From NCBI GenBank assembly GCA_046563655.1, contig JAJCTO010000010.1, forward strand, positions 1,178,001 to 1,242,000: DNA of 64,000 nt. The letters run 5' to 3'. The notes under the pieces were generated by a model, which did no database searches, was not told the origin of the DNA, and saw only the letters and a program-made list of their open reading frames with translations. A program made the position numbers and the translations under genes. Shown piece by piece: positions 12,601 to 28,748 of the stretch; within the stretch, counting starts at the first letter, position 1, and the number at the start of each line of letters is the position of its first letter. This DNA comes from Yuukianura sp. NJ FZ-2021. Its lineage: Eukaryota.

Positions 12601-15600
12601 GGAGAAAATTGAAAGCACTAATATGGCATCTTTCAAAAATTAAGCGTCAACTTAACCCAGTGAGATAGATATCGTGACTTGCTCGTTCCGAGGTCATTCT
12701 GTCAATGAAAGTTTCACATCTTTAACAAATGCTACATGAGTCCTCCTGGATCAAGAAAACTTACCTCGAAATAGACTTTTTAACAGAGAAAACTGAAAGC
12801 ACTAGTATGGCATCTTACAAAAATTAAGCGTCAACTTAACCCAGTGAGATAGATATCGTGACTTGCACGTTCCGAGGTCATTCTGTCAATGAAAGTTCAC
12901 ATCATTAACAAATGCTACATGAGTCCTCCTGGATCAAGAAAACCTACCTCGAAAGAGACTTTTTAACAGAAAAAATTGAAAGCACTAGTATGGCATCTTA
13001 CAAAAATTTAGCATCAGCTTAACCCAGAGAGATAGATATCGTGACTTGCACGTTCCGAGGTCATTCTGTCAATGACAGTTCATATCACTAACAAATGCTA
13101 CATGAATCATAAAGGATCAAGAAAACTTACCTCGAAATAGACTTTTTAACAGAGAAAATTGAAAGCACTAGTATGGCATCTTACAAAAATTAAGCGTCAA
13201 CTTAACCCAGTGAGATAGATATAGTGACTTGCACGTTCCGAGGTCATTCTGTCAATGAAAGTTCACATCATTAACAAATGCTACATGAGTCCTCCTGGAT
13301 CAAGAAAACCTACCTCGAAATAGACTTTTTTAACGGAGAAAATTGAAAGCACTAATATGGCATCTTTCAAAAATTAAGCGTCAACTTAACCCAGTGAGAT
13401 AGATATCGTGACTTGCTCGTTCCGAGGTCATTCTGTCAATGAAAGTTTCACATCTTTAACAAATGCTACATGAGTCCTCCTGGATCAAGAAAACTTACCT
13501 CGAAATAGACTTTTTAACAGAGAAAACTGAAAGCACTAGTATGGCATCTTACACAAATTAAGCGTCAACTTAACCCAGTGAGATAGATATCGTGACTTGC
13601 ACGTTCCGAGGTCATTCTGTCAATGAAAGTTCACATCATTAACAAATGCTACACGAGTCCTCCTGGATCAAGAAAAATTGCGTCGAAATAGACTTTTTTA
13701 ACGGAGAAAATTGAAAGCACTAATACGGCATCTTACAAAAATTAAGCGTCAACTTAACCCAGTGAGATAGATATAGTGACTTGCACGTTCCGAGGTCATT
13801 CTGTCAATGAAAGTTCACATCATTAACAAATGCTACATGAGTCCTCCTGGATCAAGAAAACCTACCTCGAAAGAGACTTTTTAACAGTGAAAATTGAAAG
13901 CACTAATATGGCATCTTTCAAAAATTAAGCGTCAACTTAACCCAGTGAGATAGATATCGTGACTTGCTCGTTCCGAGGTCATTCTGTCAATGAAAGTTTC
14001 ACATCTTTAACAAATGCTACATGAGTCCTCCTGGATCAAGAAAACTTACCACGAAATAGACTTTTTAACAGAGAAAACTGAAAGCACTAGTATGGCATCT
14101 TACAAAAATTAAGCGTCAACTTAACCCAGTGAGATAGATATCGTGACTTGCACGTTCCGAGGTCATTCTGTCAATGAAAGTTCACATCATTAACAAATGC
14201 TACATGAGTCCTCCTGGATCAAGAAAACTTACCTCGAAATAGACTTTTCAACAGAGAAAATTGAAAGTACTAGTATGGCATCTTACAAAAATTAAGCCTC
14301 AACTGAACCCAGTGAGATAGATATCGTGACTTGCACGTTAAGAGGTCATTCTGTCAATGAAAGTTCACATCACTAACAAATGCTACATGAGTCATAAAGG
14401 ATCAAGAAAACTTACCTCGAAATAGACTTTTTAACAGAGAAAATTGAAAGCACTAGTATGGCATCTTACAAAAATTAAGCGTCAACTTAACCCAGTGAGA
14501 TAGATATCGTGACTTGCACGTTCCGAGGTCATTCTGTCAATGAAAGTTCATATCATTAACAAATGCTACATGAGTCCTCCTGGATGAAGAAAAATTACCT
14601 CGAAATAGACTTTTTTAACGGAGAAAATTGAAAGCACTAATATGGCATCTTTCAAAAATTAAGCGTCAACTTAACCCAGTGAGATAGATATCGTGACTTG
14701 CTCGTTCCGAGGTCATTCTGTCAATGAAAGTTTCACATCTTTAACAAATGCTACATGAGTCCTCCTGGATCAAGAAAACTTACCTCGAAATAGACTTTTT
14801 AACAGAGAAAACTGAAAGCACTAGTATGGCATCTTACAAAAATTAAGCGTCAACTTAACCCAGTGAGATAGATATCGTGACTTGCACGTTCCGAGGTCAT
14901 TCTGTCAATGAAAGTTCACATCATTAACAAATGCTACATGAGTCCTCCTGGATCAAGAAAACTTACCTCGAAATAGACTTTTCAACAGAGAAAATTGAAA
15001 GTACTAGTATGGCATCTTACAAAAATTAAGCGTCAACTTAACCCAGTGAGATAGATATCGTGACTTGCACGTTAAGAGGTCATTCTGTCAATGAAAGTTC
15101 ACATCACTAACAAATGCTACATGAGTCATAAAGGATCAAGAAAACTTACCTCGAAATAGACTTTTTAACAGAGAAAATTGAAAGCACTAGTATGGCATCT
15201 TACAAAAATTAAGCGTCAACTTAACCCAGTGAGATAGATATCGTGACTTGCACGTTCCGAGGTCATTCTGTCAATGAAAGTTCACATCATTAACAAATGC
15301 TACATGAGTCCTCCTGGATCAAGAAAAATTGCGTCGAAATAGACTTTTTTAACGGAGAAAATTGAAAGCACTAATAGGGCATCTTACAAAAATTAAGCGT
15401 CAACTTAACCCAGTGAGATAGATATCGTGACTTGCACGTTCCGAGGTCGTTCTGTCAATGAAAGTTCACATCATTAACAAATGCTACATGAGTCCTCCTG
15501 GATCAAGAAAAATTGCCTCAAAATACACTTTTTTAACGGAGAAAATTGAAAGCACTAATAGGGCATCTTACAAAAATTAAGCGTCAACTTAACCCAGTGA

Positions 15601-18600
15601 GATAGATATAGTGACTTGCACGTTCCGAGGTCATTCTGTCAATGGAAGTTCACATCATTAACAAATGCTACATGAGTCCTCCTGGATCAAGAAAACCTAC
15701 CTCGAAAGAGACTTTTTAACAGAGAAAATTAAATGCACTAGTATGGCATCTTACAAAAATTAAGCGTCAACTTAACCCAGTGAGATAGATATCGTGACTT
15801 GCACGTTCCGAGGTCATTCTGTCAATGAAAGTTCACATAAAGTAACAAATGCTACACGAGTCCTCCTGGATCAAGAAAAATTGCGTCGAAATAGACTTTT
15901 TTAACGGAGAAAATTGAAAGCACTAATATGGCATCTTACAAAAATTTAGCATCAACTTAACCCAGTGAGATAGATATCGTGACTTGCACGTTAAGAGGTC
16001 ATTCTGTCAATGAAAGTTCACATCACTAACAAATGCTACATGAGTCATAAAGAATCAAGAAAACTTACCTCGAAATAGACTTTTTAACAGAGAAAATTGA
16101 AAGCACTAATATGGCATCTTTCAAAAATTAAGCGTCAACTTAACCCAGTGAGATAGATATCGTGACTTGCTCGTTCCGAGGTCATTCTGTCAATGAAAGT
16201 GTCACATCTTTAACAAATGCTACATGAGTCCTCCTGGATCAAGAAAACTTACCTCGAAATAGACTTTTTAACAGAGAAAATTGAAAGTACTAGTATGGCA
16301 TCTTACAAAAATTAAGCGTCAACTTAACCCAGTGAGATAGATATCGTGACTTGCACGTTCCGAGGTCATTCTGTCAATGAAAGTTCATATCATTAACAAA
16401 TGCTACATGAGTCCTCCTGGATCAAGAAAACCTACCTCGAAAGAGACTTTTTAACAGAAAAAATTGAAAGCGCTAGTATGGCATCTTACAAAAATTTAGC
16501 ATCAGCTTAACCCAGAGAGATAGATATCGTGACTTGCACGTTCCGAGGTCATTCTGTCAATGAAAGTTCATATCACTAACAAATGCTACATGAGTCCTCC
16601 TGGATCAAGAAAACCTACCTCGAAAGAGACTTTTTAACAGAAAAAATTGAAAGCACTAGTATGGCATCTTACAAAAATTAAGCGTCAACTTAACCCAGTG
16701 AGATAGATATAGTGACTTGCACGTTCCGAGGTCATTCTGTCAATGAAAGTTCACATCATTAACAAATGCTACATGAGTCCTCCTGGATCAAGAAAACCTA
16801 CCTCGAAAGAGACTTTTTAACAGAAAAAATTGAAAGCGCTAGTATGGCATCTTACAAAAATTTAAGCATCAGCTTAACCCAGAGAGATAGATATCGTGAC
16901 TTGCACGTTCCGAGGTCATTCTGTCAATGACAGTTCATATCACTAACAAATGCTACATGAATCATAAAGGATCAAGAAAACTTACCTCGAAATAGACTTT
17001 TTAACAGAGAAAATTGAAAGCACTAGTATGGCATCTTACAAAAATTAAGCGTCAACTTAACCCAGTGAGATAGATATAGTGACTTGCACGTTCCGAGGTC
17101 ATTCTGTCAATGAAAGTTCACATCATTAACAAATGCTACATGAGTCCTCCTGGATCAAGAAAACCTACCTCGAAAGAGACTTTTTAACAGAGAAAATTGA
17201 AAGCACTAATATGGCATCTTTCAAAAATTAAGCGTCAACTTAACCCAGTGAGATAGATATCGTGACTTGCTCGTTCCGAGGTCATTCTGTCAATGAAAGT
17301 TTCACATCTTTAACAAATGCTACATGAGTCCTCCTGGATCAAGAAAACTTACCTCGAAATAGACTTTTTAACAGAGAAAACTGAAAGCACTAGTATGGCA
17401 TCTTACAAAAATTAAGCGTCAACTTAACCCAGTGAGATAGATATCGTGACTTGCACGTTCCGAGGTCATTCTGTCAATGAAAGTTCACATCATTAACAAA
17501 TGCTACATGAGTCCTCCTGGATCAAGAAAAATTACCTCAGAAAATTGAAAGCACTGATACCGCATGTCACAAAAATTAAGCGTCAACTTAACCCAGTGAG
17601 ATAGATATAGTGGCTTTCACGTTGCGAGGTCATTCTCTGAATGAAAGTTCACATCATTAACAAATGCTACATGAGTCCTCCTGGATCAAGAAAACCTACC
17701 TCGAAATAGACTTTTTTAACGGAGAAAATTGAAAGCACTAATATGGCATCTTTCAAAAATTAAGCGTCAACTTAACCCAGTGAGATAGATATCGTGACTT
17801 GCTCGTTCCGAGGTCATTCTGTCAATGAAAGTTTCACATCTTTAACAAATGCTACATGAGTCCTCCTGGATCAAGAAAACTTACCTCAAAATAGACTTTT
17901 TAACATAGAAATTTGAAAGCACTAGTATGGCATCTTACAAAAATTAAGCGTCAACTTAACCCAGTGAGATAGATATCGTGACTTGCACGTTCCGAGGTCA
18001 TTCTGTCAATGAAAGTTCACATCATTAACAAATGCTACATGAGTCCTCCTGGATCAAGAAAACTTACCTCGAAATAGACTTTTCAACAGAGAAAATTGAA
18101 AGCACTAGTATGGCATCTTACAAAAATTAAGCCTCAACTTAACCCAGTGAGATAGATATCGTGACTTGCACGTTAAGAGGTCATTCTGTCAATGAAAGTT
18201 CATATCATTAACAAATGCTACATGAGTCATAAAGGATCAAGAAAACTTACCTCGAAATAGACTTTTTAACAGAGAAAATTGAAAGCACTAGTATGGCATC
18301 TTACAAAAATTAAGCGTCAACTTAACCCAGTGAGATAGATATCGTGACTTGCACGTTCCGAGGTCATTCTGTCAATGAAAGTTCATATCATTAACAAATG
18401 CTACATGAGTCCTCCTGGATGAAGAAAAATTACCTCGAAATAGAATTTTTCAACCGAGAAAATTGAAAGCACTAATATGGCATCTTACAAAAATTAAGCG
18501 TCAACCGAACCCAGTGAGATAGATATAGTGGCTTTCACGTTGCGAGGTCATTCTCTGAATGAAAGTTCACATCATTAACAAATGCTAGATGAGCCCTCCT

Positions 18601-21600
18601 GGATCAAGAAAAATTACCTCGAAATTGACTTTTTAACAGAGAAAATTGAAAGCACTAGTATGGCATCTTACAAAAATTAAGCGTCAACTTAACCCAGTGA
18701 GATAGATATAGTGACTTGCACGTTCCGAGGTCATTCTGTCAATGAAAGTTCACATCATTAACAAATGCTACATGAGTCCTCCTGGATCAAGAAAACCTTA
18801 CCTCGAAAGAGACTTTTTAACAGAGAAAATTGAAAGCACTAGTATAGCATCTTACAAAAATTAAGCGTCAACTTAACCCAGTGAGATAGATATAGTGACT
18901 TGCACGTTCCGAGGTCATTCTGTCAATGAAAGTTCACATCATTAACAAATGCTACACGAGTCCTCCTGGATCAAGAAAACCTACCTCGAAAGAGACTTTT
19001 TAACAGAGAAAATTAAATGCACTAGTATGGCATCTTACAAAAATTAAGCGTCAACTTAACCCAGTGAGATAGATATCGTGACTTGCACGTTCCGAGGTCA
19101 TTCTGTCGATGAAAGTTCACATCATTAACAAGTGCTACACGAGTCCTCCTGGATCAAGAAAAATTACCTCGAAATAGACTTTTTTAACGGAGAAAATTGA
19201 AAGCACTAATATGGCATCTTACAAAAATTAAGCGTCAACTTAACCCAGTGAGATAGATATAGTGACTTGCACGTTCCGAGGTCATTCTGTCAATGAAAGT
19301 TCACATCATTAACAAATGCTACATGAGTCCTCCTGGATCAAGAAAACCTACCTCGAAATAGACTTTTTTAACGGAGAAAATTGAAAGCACTAATATGGCA
19401 TCTTTCAAAAATTAAGCGTCAACTTAACCCAGTGAGATAGATATCGTGGCTTGCACGTTCCGAGGTCATTCTGTCAATGAAAGTTCACATCATTAACAAA
19501 TGCTACATGAGTCCTCCTGGATCAAGAAAACTTACCTCGAAATAGACTTTTCAACAGAGAAAATTGAAAGTACTAGTATGGCATCTTACAAAAATTAAGC
19601 GTCAACTTAACCCAGTGAGATAGATATCGTGACTTGCACGTTAAGAGGTCATTCTGTCAATGAAAGTTCACATCACTAACAAATGCTACATGAGTCATAA
19701 AGGATCAAGAAAACTTACCTCGAAATAGACTTTTTAACAGAGAAAATTGAAAGCACTAGTATGGCATCTTACAAAAATTAAGCGTCAACTTAACCCAGTG
19801 AGATAGATATCGTGACTTGCACGTTCCGAGGTCATTCTGTCAATGAAAGTTCACATCATTAACAAATGCTACATGAGTCCTCCTGGATCAAGAAAAATTA
19901 CCTCGAAATAGACTTTTTTAACGGAGAAAATTGAAAGCACTAATATGGCATCTTACAAAAATTAAGCGTCAACTTAACCCAGTGAGATAGATATAGTGAC
20001 TTGCACGTTCCGAGATCATTCTGTCAATGAAAGTTCACATCATTAACAAATGCTACATGAGTCCTCCTGGATCAAGAAAACCTACCTCGAAATAGACTTT
20101 TTTAACGGAGAAAATTGAAAGCACTAATATGGCATCTTTCAAAAATTAAGCGTCAACTTAACCCAGTGAGATACATATCGTGACTTGCTCGTTCCGAGGT
20201 CATTCTGTCAATGAAAGTTTCACATCTTTAACAAATGCTACATGAGTCCTCCTGGATCAAGAAAAACTTACCTCGAAATAGACTTTTTAACAGAGAAAAC
20301 TGAAAGCACTAGTATGGCATCTTACAAAAATTAAGCGTCAACTTAACCCAGTGAGATAGATATCGTGACTTGCACGTTCCGAGGTCATTCTGTCAATGAA
20401 AGTTCACATCATTAACAAATGCTACATGAGTCCTCCTGGATCAAGAAAACTTACCTCGAAATAGACTTTTCAACAGAGAAAATTGAAAGCACTAATATGG
20501 CATCTTACAAAAATTTAGCATCAACTTAACCCAGTGAGATAGATATCGTGACTTGCACGTTAAGAGGTCATTCTGTCAATGAAAGTTCATATCACTAACA
20601 AATGCTACATGAGTCCTCCTGGATCAAGAAAACTTACCTGGAAATAGACTTTTTAACAGAGAAAATTGAAAGCACTAGTATGGCATCTTACAAAAATTAA
20701 GCGTCAACTTAACCCAGTGAGATAGATATCGTGACTTGCACGTTCCGAGGTCATTCTGTCAATGAAAGTTCACATCATTAACAAATGCTACACGAGTCCT
20801 CCTGGATCAAGAAAAATTGCGTCGAAATAGACTTTTTAACGGAGAAAATTGAAAGCACTAATACCGCATGTCACAAAAATTAAGCGTCAAATTAACCCAT
20901 TGAGATAGATATCGTGGCTATCACGTTGCGAGGTCATTCTCTGAATGAAAGTTCACATCATTAACAAATGCTACATGAGTCCTCCTGGATCAAGAAAACC
21001 TACCTCGAAATAGACTTTTTTAACGGAGAAAATTGAAAGCACTAATATGGCATCTTTCAAAAATTAAGCGTCAACTTAACCCAGTGAGATAGATATCGTG
21101 ACTTGCTCGTTCCGAGGTCATTCTGTCAATAAAAGTTCACATCATTAACAAATGCTACATGAGTCCTCCTGGATCAAGAAAACTTACCTCAAAATAGACT
21201 TTTTAACAGAGAAAATTGAAAGCACTAGTATGGCATCTTACAAAAATTAAGCGTCAACTTAACCCAGTGAGATAGATATCGTGACTTGCACGTTCCGAGG
21301 TCATTCTGTCAATGAAAGTTCACATCATTAACAAATGCTACATGAGTCCTCCTGGATCAAGAAAACTTACCTCGAAATAGACTTTTCAACAGAGAAAATT
21401 GAAAGTACTAGTATGGCATCTTACAAAAATTAAGCCTCAACTTAACCCAGTGAGATAGATATCGTGACTTGCACGTTAAGAGGTCATTCTGTCAATGAAA
21501 GTTCACATCACTAACAAATGCTACATGAGTCATAAAGGATCAAGAAAACTTACCTCGAAATAGACTTTTTAACAGAGAAAATTGAAAGCACTAGTATGGC

Positions 21601-24600
21601 ATCTTACAAAAATTAAGCGTCAACTTAACCCAGTGAGATAGATATCGTGACTTGCACGTTCCGAGGTCATTCTGTCAATGAAAGTTCATATCATTAACAA
21701 ATGCTACATGAGTTCTCCTGGATGAAGAAAAATTACCTCGAAATAGACTTTTTTAACGGAGAAAATTGAAAGCACTAATATGGCATCTTACAAAAATTAA
21801 GCGTCAACTTAACCCAGTGAGATAGATATAGTGACTTGCACGTTCCGAGGTCATTCTGTCAATGAAAGTTCACATCATTAACAAATGCTACATGAGTCCT
21901 CCTGGATCAAGAAAACCTACCTCGAAATAGACTTTTTTAACGGAGAAAATTGAAAGCACTAATATGGCATCTTTCAAAAATTAAGCGTCAACTTAACCCA
22001 GTGAGATAGATATCGTGACTTGCTCGTTCCGAGGTCATTCTGTCAATGAAAGTTTCACATCTTTAACAAATGCTACATGAGTCCTCCTGGATCAAGAAAA
22101 CTTACCTCGAAATAGACTTTTTAACAGAGAAAACTGAAAGCACTAAGTATGGCATCTTACAAAAATTAAGCGTCAACTTAACCCAGTGAGATAGATATCG
22201 TGACTTGCACGTTCCGAGGTCATTCTGTCAATGAAAGTTCATATCATTAACAAATGCTACACGAGTCCTCCTGGATCAAGAAAAATTGCGTCGAAATAGA
22301 CTTTTTTAACGGAGAAAATTGAAAGCACTAATACGGCATCTTACAAAAATTAAGCGTCAACTTAACCCAGTGAGATAGATATAGTGACTTGCACGTTCCG
22401 AGGTCATTCTGTCAATGAAAGTTCACATCATTAACAAATGCTACATGAGTCCTCCTGGATCAAGAAAACCTACCTCGAAATAGACTTTTTTAACGGAGAA
22501 AATTGAAAGCACTAATATGGCATCTTTCAAAAATTAAGCGTCAACTTAACCCAGTGAGATAGATATCGTGACTTGCTCGTTCCGAGGTCATTCTGTCAAT
22601 GAAAGTTTCACATCTTTAACAAATGCTACATGAGTCCTCCTGGATCAAGAAAAACTTACCTCGAAATAGACTTTTTAACAGAGAAAACTGAAAGCACTAA
22701 GTATGGCATCTTACAAAAATTAAGCGTCAACTTAACCCAGTGAGATAGATATCGTGACTTGCACGTTCCGAGGTCATTCTGTCAATGAAAGTTCACATCA
22801 TTAACAAATGCTACATGAGTCCTCCTGGATCAAGAAAACTTACCTCGAAATAGACTTTTCAACAGAGAAAATTGAAAGTACTAGTATGGCATCTTACAAA
22901 AATTAAGCGTCAACTTAACCCAGTGAGATAGATATCGTGACTTGCACGTTAAGAGGTCATTCTGTCAATGAAAGTTCACATCACTAACAAATGCTACATG
23001 AGTCATAAAGGATCAAGAAAACTTACCTCGAAATAGACTTTTTAACAGAGAAAATTGAAAGCACTAGTATGGCATCTTACAAAAATTAAGCGTCAACTTA
23101 ACCCAGTGAGATAGATATCGTGACTTGCACGTTCCGAGGTCATTCTGTCAATGAAAGTTCATATCATTAACAAATGCTACATGAGTCCTCCTGGATGAAG
23201 AAAAATTACCTCGAAATAGACTTTTTCAACCGAGAAAATTGAAAGCACTAATATGGCATCTTACAAAAATTAAGCGTCAACCGAACCCAGTGAGATAGAT
23301 ATAGTGGCTTTCACGTTGCGAGGTCATTCTCTGAATGAAAGTTCACATCATTAGCAAATGCTAGATGAGCCCTCCTGGATCAAGAAAAATTACCTCGAAA
23401 TTGACTTTTTAACAGAGAAAATTGAAAGCACTAGTATGGCATCTTACAAAAATTAAGCGTCAACTTAACCCAGTGAGATAGATATAGTGACTTGCACGTT
23501 CCGAGGTCATTCTGTCAATGAAAGTTCACATCATTAACAAATGCTACATGAGTCCTCCTGGATCAAGAAAACCTACCTCGAAAGAGACTTTTTAACAGAG
23601 AAAATTGAAAGCACTAGTATAGCATCTTACAAAAATTAAGCGTCAACTTAACCCAGTGAGATAGATATAGTGACTTGCACGTTCCGAGGTCATTCTGTCA
23701 ATGAAAGTTCACATCATTAACAAATGCTACACGAGTCCTCCTGGATCAAGAAAACCTACCTCGAAAGAGACTTTTTAACAGAGAAAATTAAATGCACTAG
23801 TATGGCATCTTACAAAAATTAAGCGTCAACTTAACCCAGTGAGATAGATATCGTGACTTGCACGTTCCGAGGTCATTCTGTCAATGAAAGTTCACATCAT
23901 TAACAAATGCTACACGAGTCCTCCTGGATCAAGAAAAATTGCGTCGAAATAGACTTTTTTAACGGAGAAAATTGAAAGCACTAATACGGCATCTTACAAA
24001 AATTAAGCGTCAACTTAACCCAGTGAGATAGATATAGTGACTTGCACGTTCCGAGGTCATTCTGTCAATGAAAGTTCACATCATTAACAAATGCTACATG
24101 AGTCCTCCTGGATCAAGAAAACCTACCTCGAAATAGACTTTTTTAACGGAGAAAATTGAAAGCACTAATATGGCATCTTTCAAAAATTAAGCGTCAACTT
24201 AACCCAGTGAGATAGATATCGTGACTTGCACGTTCCGAGGTCATTCTGTCAATGAAAGTTCACATCATTAACAAATGCTACATGAGTCCTCCTGGATCAA
24301 GAAAACTTACCTCGAAATAGACTTTTCAACAGAGAAAATTGAAAGTACTAGTATGGCATCTTACAAAAATTAAGCATCAACTTAACCCAGTGAGATAGAT
24401 ATCGTGACTTGCACGTTAAGAGGTCATTCTGTCAATGAAAGTTCACATCACTAACAAATGCTACATGAGTCATAAAGGATCAAGAAAACTTACCTCGAAA
24501 TAGACTTTTTAACAGAGAAAATTGAAAGCACTAGTATGGCATCTTACAAAAATTAAGCGTCAACTTAACCCAGTGAGATAGATATCGTGACTTGCACGTT

Positions 24601-27600
24601 CCGAGGTCATTCTGTCAATGAAAGTTCACATCATTAACAAATGCTACACGAGTCCTCCTGGATCAAGAAAAATTGCGTCGAAATAGACTTTTTTAACGGA
24701 GAAAATTGAAAGCACTAATAGGGCATCTTACAAAAATTAAGCGTCAACTTAACCCAGTGAGATAGATATAGTGACTTGCACGTTCCGAGATCATTCTGTC
24801 AATGAAAGTTCACATCATTAACAAATGCTACATGAGTCCTCCTGGATCAAGAAAACCTACCTCGAAATAGACTTTTTTAACGGAGAAAATTGAAAGCACT
24901 AATATGGCATCTTTCAAAAATTAAGCGTCAACTTAACCCAGTGAGATACATATCGTGACTTGCTCGTTCCGAGGTCATTCTGTCAATGAAAGTTTCACAT
25001 CTTTAACAAATGCTACATGAGTCCTCCTGGATCAAGAAAACTTACCTCGAAATAGACTTTTTAACAGAGAAAACTGAAAGCACTAGTATGGCATCTTACA
25101 AAAATTAAGCGTCAACTTAACCCAGTGAGATAGATATCGTGACTTGCACGTTCCGAGGTCATTCTGTCAATGAAAGTTCACATCATTAACAAATGCTACA
25201 TGAGTCCTCCTGGATCAAGAAAACTTACCTCGAAATAGACTTTTCAACAGAGAAAATTGAAAGTACTAGTATGGCATCTTACAAAAATTAAGCCTCAACT
25301 TAACCCAGTGAGATAGATATCGTGACTTGCACGTTAAGAGGTCATTCTGTCAATGAAAGTTCACATCACTAACAAATGCTACATGAGTCATAAAGGATCA
25401 AGAAAACTTACCTCGAAATAGACTTTTTAACAGAGAAAATTGAAAGCACTAGTATGGCATCTTACAAAAATTAAGCGTCAACTTAACCCAGTGAGATAGA
25501 TATCGTGACTTGCACGTTCCGAGGTCATTCTGTCAATGAAAGTTCATATCATTAACAAATGCTACATGAGTCCTCCTGGATGAAGAAAAATTACCTCGAA
25601 ATAGACTTTTTTAACGGAGAAAATTGAAAGCACTAATATGGCATCTTACAAAAATTAAGCGTCAACTTAACCCAGTGAGATAGATATCGTGACTTGCACG
25701 TTCCGAGGTCATTCTGTCAATGAAAGTTCACATCACTAACAAATGCTACATGAGTCATAAAGGATCAAGAAAACTTACCTCGAAATAGACTTTTTAACAG
25801 AGAAAATTGAAAGCACTAGTATGGCATCTTACAAAAATTTAGCATCAACTTAACCCAGTGAGATAGATATCGTGACTTTTCCGAGGTCATTCTGTCAATG
25901 AAAGTTCATATCATTAACAAATGCTACATGAGTCCTCCTGGATGAAGAAAAATTACCTCGAAATAGACTTTTTTAACGGAGAAAATTGAAAGCACTAATA
26001 TGGCATCTTACAAAAATTAAGCGTCAACTTAACGTAGTGAGATAGATATAGTGACTTGCACGTTAAGAGGTCATTCTGTCAATGAAAGTTCACATCATTA
26101 ACAAATGCTACATGAGTCCTCCTGGATCAAGAAAACCTACCTCGAAAGAGACTTTTTAACAGAGAAAATTGAAAGCACTAGTATGGCATCTTACAAAAAT
26201 TTAGCATCAGCTTAACCCAGAGAGATAGATATCGTGACTTGCACGTTCCGAGGTCATTCTGTCAATGAAAGTTCATATCACTAACAAATGCTACATGAGT
26301 CATAAAGGATCAAGAAAAATTACCTCGAAATAGACTTTTTTAACGGAGAAAATTGAAAGCACTAATATGGCATCTTTCAAAAATTAAGCGTCAACTTAAC
26401 CCAGTGAGATAGATATCGTGACTTGCTCGTTCCGAGGTCATTCTGTCAATGAAAGTTTCACATCTTTAACAAATGCTACATGAGTCCTCCTGGATCAAGA
26501 AAACCTACCTCGAAAGAGACTTTTTAACAGAGAAAATTGAAAGCACTAGTATGGCATCTTACAAAAATTAAGCGTCAACTTAACCCAGTGAGATAGATAT
26601 CGTGACTTGCACGTTCCGAGGTCATTGTGTCAATGAAAGTTCACATCATTAACAAAATGCTACATGAGTCCTCCTGGATGAAGAAAAATTACCTCGAAAT
26701 AGACTTTTTTAACGGAGAAAATTGAAAGCACTAATATGGCATCTTACAAAAATTAAGCGTCAACTTAACCCAGTGAGATAGATATCGTGACTTGCACGTT
26801 CCGAGGTCATTCTGTCAATGAAAGTTCACATCATTAACAAATGCTACATGAGTCCTCCTGGATCAAGAAAACTTACCTCGAAATAGACTTTTTAACAGAG
26901 AAAACTGAAAGCACTAGTATGGCATCTTACAAAAATTAAGCGTCAACTTAACCCAGTGAGATAGATATCGTGACTTGCACGTTCCGAGGTCATTCTGTCA
27001 ATGAAAGTTCACATCATTAACAAATGCTACATGAGTCCTCCTGGATCAAGAAAACTTACCTCGAAATAGACTTTTCAACAGAGAAAATTGAAAGTACTAG
27101 TGTGGCATCTTACAAAAATTAAGCGTCAACTTAACCCAGTGAGATAGATATAGTGACTTGCACGTTCCGAGGTCATTCTGTCAATGAAAGTTCACATCAT
27201 TAACAAATGCTACATGAGTCCTCCTGGATCAAGAAAACCTACCTCGAAAGAGACTTTTTAACAGAGAAAATTGAAAGCACTAGTATAGCATCTTACAAAA
27301 ATTAAGCGTCAACTTAACCCAGTGAGATAGATATAGTGACTTGCACGTTCCGAGGTCATTCTGTCAATGAAAGTTCACATCATTAACAAATGCTACATGA
27401 GTCCTCCTGGATCAAGAAAACCTACCTCGAAAGAGACTTTTTAACAGAGAAAATTGAAAGCACTAGTATAGCATCTTACAAAAATTAAGCGTCAACTTAA
27501 CCCAGTGAGATAGATATAGTGACTTGCACGTTCCGAGGTCATTCTGTCAATGAAAGTTCACATCATTAACAAATGCTACATGAGTCCTCCTGGATCAAGA

Positions 27601-28748
27601 AAACCTACCTCGAAAGAGACTTTTTAACAGAGAAAATTGAAAGCACTAGTATAGCATCTTACAAAAATTAAGCGTCAACTTAACCCAGTGAGATAGATAT
27701 AGTGACTTGCACGTTCCGAGGTCATTCTGTCAATGAAAGTTCACATCATTAACAAATGCTACATGAGTCCTCCTGGATCAAGAAAACCTACCTCGAAAGA
27801 GACTTTTTAACAGAGAAAATTAAATGCACTAGTATGGCATCTTACAAAAATTAAGCGTCAACTTAACCCAGTGAGATAGATATCGTGACTTGCACGTTCC
27901 GAGGTCATTCTGTCAATGAAAGTTCACATCATTAACAAATGCTACACGAGTCCTCCTGGATCAAGAAAAATTGCGTCGAAATAGACTTTTTTAACGGAGA
28001 AAATTGAAAGCACTAATACGGCATCTTACAAAAATTAAGCGTCAACTTAACCCAGTGAGATAGATATAGTGACTTGCACGTTCCGAGGTCATTCTGTCAA
28101 TGAAAGTTCACATCATTAACAAATGCTACATGAGTCCTCCTGGATCAAGAAAACCTACCTCGAAAGAGACTTTTTAACAGAGAAAATTAAATGCACTAGT
28201 ATGGCATCTTACAAAAATTAAGCGTCAACTTAACCCAGTGAGATAGATATCGTGACTTGCACGTTCCGAGGTCATTCTGTCAATGAAAGTTCACATCATT
28301 AACAAATGCTACACGAGTCCTCCTGGATCAAGAAAAATTGCGTCGAAATAGACTTTTTAACGGAGAAAATTGAAAGCACTAATACGGCATTTTACAAAAA
28401 TTAAGCGTCAACTTAACCCAGTGAGATAGATATAGTGACTTGCACGTTCCGAGGTCATTCTGTCAATGAAAGTTCACATCATTAACAAATGCTACACGAG
28501 TCCTCCTGGATCAAGAAAAATTGCGTCGAAATAGACTTTTTAACAGAGAAAATTGAAAGCACTAATATGGCATCTTACAAAAATTAAGCGTCAACTTAAC
28601 CCAGTGAGATAGATATCGTGACTTGCTCGTTCCGAGGTCATTCTGTCAATGAAAGTTTCACATCTTTAACAAATGCTACATGAGTCCTCCTGGATCAAGA
28701 AAACTTACCTCGAAATAGACTTTTCAACAGAGAAAATTGAAAGTACTA

